From Candidatus Cloacimonadales bacterium (GTDB taxonomy: Bacteria; Cloacimonadota; Cloacimonadia; Cloacimonadales; JAIOQZ01): a stretch of DNA of 64,000 nt. This document shows, in pieces, positions 60,000 through 64,000 of the stretch. The stretch lies in assembly GCA_963674825.1 (NCBI GenBank), contig OY771587.1:576001-640000 (forward strand), in the 5' to 3' direction. The notes beneath the pieces were generated by a model. That model was given only the letters and a program-made list of their open reading frames with translations, made no database searches and had not been told where the DNA came from. Each line of letters opens with the position of its first letter. Within the stretch, counting starts at the first letter, position 1. Position numbers and translations under genes: made by a program.

Positions 60000-61127
60000 A
60001 TGAACGAATATGTGTTGTTTGTGGATGATGAGCAAAGCATTTTGGACTCCTTCCGAAGAACCCTCCATAAAAAACTCGCTTTCGACACAGTGAACAGTGG
60101 CCAGGCGGCGCTGGACGCGATCGCGAAGAAGGAATACGCGGTAATCGTGGCAGACCAGATGATGCCTGGCATGAACGGAATCCAGCTGCTTGCCGAAGTA
60201 AAAAAACGTGCTCCTGAAACCGTCCGCATGATGCTGACAGGGCAGGCGGATATTTCTACTGCAATGGAAGCAGTTAACGAAGGGCATATCTTCCGGTTTC
60301 TGACCAAACCAAGCCCACCATCGGCAATCCTTACAGCAGTTACAGCTGCGATCGAACAATATCGGCTGATCACAGCAGAAAAGGAACTCCTGGGAAAGAC
60401 GCTCCGTGGAAGTGTTAAGGTGCTGACAGAGATTCTCTCGCTGGTCAGCCCGGTCGCTTCGGGTAAAACTACACGAATTCAGCGCTACGTACGCGAACTG
60501 ACTTCCGTGATGAAGCTGGAAGAGGAATGGAAATACGATCTGGCAGCGATGCTTTCGCAGGTAGGATGCATCACAATTCCACCAGAGATTGTCGATAAAT
60601 ATTACGCCGGTGAGCGGCTTACCGAAGCTGAAAGCGAGCTCTTCAGCCAACACCCTAACGTAGCCAAGAAAATGATCGCCAACATCCCTCGCCTAGAGAC
60701 CGTCGCCTACATGATTTCCGGGCAGCTTCGCAAGCACGAGGATTTCCCGGAGAGCAAACGCTCCATGTCGTTTGTCATCGGCGCAGAGCTGCTCAGAGTG
60801 GCGATCGATTTCGATTCGCTTGTCTATCGCGGACTTCACCAGTCCGAAGCGATTCATTTCATGGAGCGTCAAGCCGGAAAATATAATCCCGACATCATCG
60901 AAGCCCTGCGAAGCATCCATGTTGAGAAAACAAATACTCATCCAAGGATGGTCAAAATAAACGAACTCCATACCCATATGGTTTTCGACCAGAACGTAAC
61001 GGCAGATAACGGACTGGTACTTGTCAGAAAAGGCAAGGAAGTTACCTTTACAGTCATCGAGTTGCTCAAATCGTTTGCTGAAGGTATCGGCGTGAAGCAG
61101 CCCTTCCGGGTGATTGAGTTTCTTTAG
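60000..61127 (+). CDS. Response regulator with degenerate HD-GYP-like domain
   Basis: REC VDDE...ADQMMP...TKP; HD region MLSQVGCI in place of LHDIGK. Confidence 0.85.
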   Translation: MNEYVLFVDDEQSILDSFRRTLHKKLAFDTVNSGQAALDAIAKKEYAVIVADQMMPGMNGIQLLAEVKKRAPETVRMMLTGQADISTAMEAVNEGHIFRFLTKPSPPSAILTAVTAAIEQYRLITAEKELLGKTLRGSVKVLTEILSLVSPVASGKTTRIQRYVRELTSVMKLEEEWKYDLAAMLSQVGCITIPPEIVDKYYAGERLTEAESELFSQHPNVAKKMIANIPRLETVAYMISGQLRKHEDFPESKRSMSFVIGAELLRVAIDFDSLVYRGLHQSEAIHFMERQAGKYNPDIIEALRSIHVEKTNTHPRMVKINELHTHMVFDQNVTADNGLVLVRKGKEVTFTVIELLKSFAEGIGVKQPFRVIEFL

Positions 61128-61136
61128 GAGAACAGC

Positions 61137-62747
61137 ATGAAAGCACTCATTGCCGACGATGATTTTGTCATTCAAGAAGTTCTCAAGAGCGTCATGAAGA
61201 TGCTGGATTTAGAACCTATTGTTGTCGATACAGGCATAGAAGCCCTACGTGTACTTAATGGATCAGACCCGCCCATGATCGCAACACTCGACTGGAGCAT
61301 GCCAGGAATGAGTGGGCTCGATGTGTGCAAAGCGATAAGAATCCAACACCCAACTGTACCGTTTTATTTAATTATTATCACTGCCTACAGCGACAGAGAG
61401 AGCCTTGTCAGCGCACTTGAAGCTGGTGCAAGTGATTTCATTCGAAAACCCTTCGATGTACCCGAACTTAGCGCCAGGCTTGAGACCGGTAAACGGCTCA
61501 TCCAAATGCAAAACAGGATCGAAAACCAGTTCAAGGCAAACGAGCAGCTGATCGCCTCCATCAATTCTATTCTCATCAGTGTGGATGAAGACAACATCGT
61601 TAAGCACTGGAATCACATCGCTGCGGAGATCTTCGGAATCGCGGAAGACGACGCTCTCGGGCAGAATTTTTCGATCCTTCCAATCGAATGGAATTGGGAG
61701 AAAATTGGTCAGATGGTAGATCGGTGTATACTTGCCGATGAAGTTGTACTTCTGAATGATTTCTCATATATCGATCCCGAGGATCGGGAGCTGTTTCTCA
61801 ATATCAGTATTAATCCTTACATCGGTAGTTCGATTGACAAACGCGGCTTTCTGATTATCGCCAATGATGTCACAGAGCAGAAATTCATCGAATCGCAGCT
61901 TATGCATTCACAGAAGCTGGAATCGATCGGCCAACTTGCAGCCGGTATCGCACACGAGATCAATACACCCGTGCAGTTTGTAACGGACAACACTGAATTC
62001 CTTAAAGAATCTATCGAGACGATCTCGGGCATTTTGGAGAAATGCGAAGATGCCCTTAAAGAATGCGCCGAGAAACATAACTGCAACGATTCTCTCGAAA
62101 AACTTCAAGAACTGAAGGATGAGGCCGATGCAGATTTTCTGCTCGATGAAATCCCATATGCTCTGAATCAGAACCTCGAGGGCTTACAAAAAATCGCCAC
62201 TATCGTGAAAGCGATGAAAGAGTTTTCGTATCCTCCACAAACTCAGATGGTTCCGATCGACCTATCGGAAGCAATCAAAAACACGTCGATTGTTGCACGT
62301 AACGAGTGGAAATACATTTCCGAACTCAAGATGGAGTTTGACGAAGATCTTCCACCTGTCTATTGCCATCCTGGCGAGCTTAACCAGGTTTTCTTAAACC
62401 TGATCATTAACGCCGTACACGCAATCCAGGAGAAATTGGGAGAGACAAGCCAGGAGATGGGCCTGATTACCATAACAACTCGTAAAGACGGGGACATGGC
62501 AGAAATCAAGGTGACCGATACCGGGTCAGGAATCCCTGAAAAAGCACAGAATCGCATCTTCGATCCATTCTTCACAACAAAAGATGTCGGCAAAGGAACC
62601 GGGCAGGGGCTTTTTATCTGCCACTCGGTGATTGTCGATAAGCATAAGGGCTCCATAACGTTCGATACTCAGCAAGGCAAAGGCACAACCTTCACAATAA
62701 AGATTCCGATCATACCAGAAGACCAGAAAGAGGATGACGATGAGTGA
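61137..62747 (+). CDS. Cytoplasmic histidine kinase (REC-PAS-HisKA-HATPase)
   Basis: ADDD...LDWSMP; AHEINTP, NLIINA, DTGSG, FFTTK..GKGTGQGL. Confidence 0.95.
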   Translation: MKALIADDDFVIQEVLKSVMKMLDLEPIVVDTGIEALRVLNGSDPPMIATLDWSMPGMSGLDVCKAIRIQHPTVPFYLIIITAYSDRESLVSALEAGASDFIRKPFDVPELSARLETGKRLIQMQNRIENQFKANEQLIASINSILISVDEDNIVKHWNHIAAEIFGIAEDDALGQNFSILPIEWNWEKIGQMVDRCILADEVVLLNDFSYIDPEDRELFLNISINPYIGSSIDKRGFLIIANDVTEQKFIESQLMHSQKLESIGQLAAGIAHEINTPVQFVTDNTEFLKESIETISGILEKCEDALKECAEKHNCNDSLEKLQELKDEADADFLLDEIPYALNQNLEGLQKIATIVKAMKEFSYPPQTQMVPIDLSEAIKNTSIVARNEWKYISELKMEFDEDLPPVYCHPGELNQVFLNLIINAVHAIQEKLGETSQEMGLITITTRKDGDMAEIKVTDTGSGIPEKAQNRIFDPFFTTKDVGKGTGQGLFICHSVIVDKHKGSITFDTQQGKGTTFTIKIPIIPEDQKEDDDE

Positions 62748-63948
62748 GAATAGCAACCTCCGTATATTATTCGTCGATGATGAGAGGAAAATTCTCGATG
62801 GAATCCGCCGAAAATTGCATTCCATGAGAAAAGAATGGGACATGGTTTTCGCAGTGGGTGGCTACGAAGCAAAAAAACAGTTGATGGGTTCGCATTTTGA
62901 TGTGATTGTGACCGACATGCTCATGCCGGGAACAAGCGGACAAGAACTCTTGAACATCGTTCGAGAAAAATATCCAGAAATGATTCGACTGGTGTTGTCA
63001 GGGTACAGCGACCAGGAAATCATCATGCAGACTACAAAAACCGCGCATCAATACCTCAGCAAGCCTTGCAATGTTGACGATATCAAGGCAGCAATCCAGA
63101 GAAGCCTGTCGCTTAGGAAGCTGCTGAAAGAGCCGCGACTGACGCGCCTTGCCGCCCAGCTGAAAACGATCCCCAGCCTTCCTGCAATCTACAACGAAAT
63201 CATGACCAAGTTGCAAAATCCAACCGTACCCTTGAAAGAGATTGCCGAGATCATTTCGCAGGATATCGGGATGAGCGCTAAGATGCTACAAATCGTGAAT
63301 TCCTCTTTCTTCGGGGTGGCAAAACATATTGAGTCGGTCGAACGTGCAGTATCGCTTCTCGGGCTTGATATTATACGCTCGCTTGTCCTTTCTTTTCACC
63401 TTTTCGAGAAGTTCAAGGAAAGAGAAGTCAATATCAATGTTCTCAACCGTGTCTGGGTTCACAGCATGGCAGTTGCCGGGTACTCAAAAAAGCTCGCAGA
63501 AATTATGAACCTGGATGGCAAGCTCATCGATTACAGTTACATGGCGGGTATGATGCACGATATTGGGAAGCTCATTCTGATGGCTGAAGTACCACAGACC
63601 TATCAAAGCCTTCTCAGAGAAGCAATCAATGACAATACTCCCTTGCGAATTAAAGAACATGACGCCTTCCACGCGAGCCATGCCGAACTGGGTGCATACG
63701 TGCTCGGGATTTGGGGACTTCAGCAACCCGTGATCGAAGCAATTGCGTATCATCATCATCCATCAGCTTCGCCAACGACGATCCCTACACCCCTGACGGC
63801 GGTACATCTGGCTAATGTTTTTGACTATGAGATCAATCCGTCTCATCGGGACAGCCAACATTGCTCTCTGGATATCGAGTATCTCGACAGGCTCGATCTG
63901 ACGAAAAAAGTCGATAAACTTAGAAAACGCCTAATTCAATCGCTATAA
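62740..63948 (+). CDS. Response regulator with HDOD domain
   Basis: REC VDDE...TDMLMP; IPSLP, D..MSAKMLQIVNS.FFG, W.HS, MHDIGKL, HAELGAY..GIW.L, HH.P. Confidence 0.93.
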   Translation: MSENSNLRILFVDDERKILDGIRRKLHSMRKEWDMVFAVGGYEAKKQLMGSHFDVIVTDMLMPGTSGQELLNIVREKYPEMIRLVLSGYSDQEIIMQTTKTAHQYLSKPCNVDDIKAAIQRSLSLRKLLKEPRLTRLAAQLKTIPSLPAIYNEIMTKLQNPTVPLKEIAEIISQDIGMSAKMLQIVNSSFFGVAKHIESVERAVSLLGLDIIRSLVLSFHLFEKFKEREVNINVLNRVWVHSMAVAGYSKKLAEIMNLDGKLIDYSYMAGMMHDIGKLILMAEVPQTYQSLLREAINDNTPLRIKEHDAFHASHAELGAYVLGIWGLQQPVIEAIAYHHHPSASPTTIPTPLTAVHLANVFDYEINPSHRDSQHCSLDIEYLDRLDLTKKVDKLRKRLIQSL

Positions 63949-63962
63949 CATGCGAGGTGGTG

Positions 63963-64000
63963 ATGGAGAATAAATATAGGGTTCTCATGATTGAGGACAC
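63963..64000 (+). CDS. Start of a further receiver-domain protein (truncated by window)
   Basis: GAGGTG SD; MENKYRVLMIED resembles a REC N-terminus. Confidence 0.65.
   Translation, partial: MENKYRVLMIED

Overview
Chromosomal window from a diderm, probably anaerobic bacterium. The gene content suggests the FCB group, possibly Cloacimonadota; this is an inference. Left to right: (1) the start of the dcw cluster on the minus strand (mraZ-rsmH-ftsL-ftsI-[murE-murF fusion]-mraY-[small Cys protein]-murD); (2) a split secreted hypothetical protein; (3) a RIO-family kinase gene preceded by a 12-codon leader peptide with a complete terminator/antiterminator switch and followed by a ~130-nt rod-like structured element; (4) a full hypFCDEAB [NiFe]-hydrogenase maturation operon; (5) CIRCE-controlled groEL without groES; (6) tRNA-Ala(GGC), outer-membrane proteins, nagZ, a motif-degenerate HisS paralog, a 7TM-HD/ybeY/CorC operon and a lipoprotein-LysM pair; (7) a ~19-kb glycan-modification operon with two sulfotransferases, two AsnB amidotransferases, two DegT aminotransferases, a B12 radical SAM protein and three TPR-fused enzymes; (8) a two-component/HD-GYP-like/HDOD signalling cluster. 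I saw no CRISPR array, rRNA, integrase or transposase. The most notable observation is the predicted ribosome-dependent attenuator controlling the RIO kinase, together with its downstream RNA. All calls come from motif recognition and base-pairing done by eye; no searches or folding programs were run.
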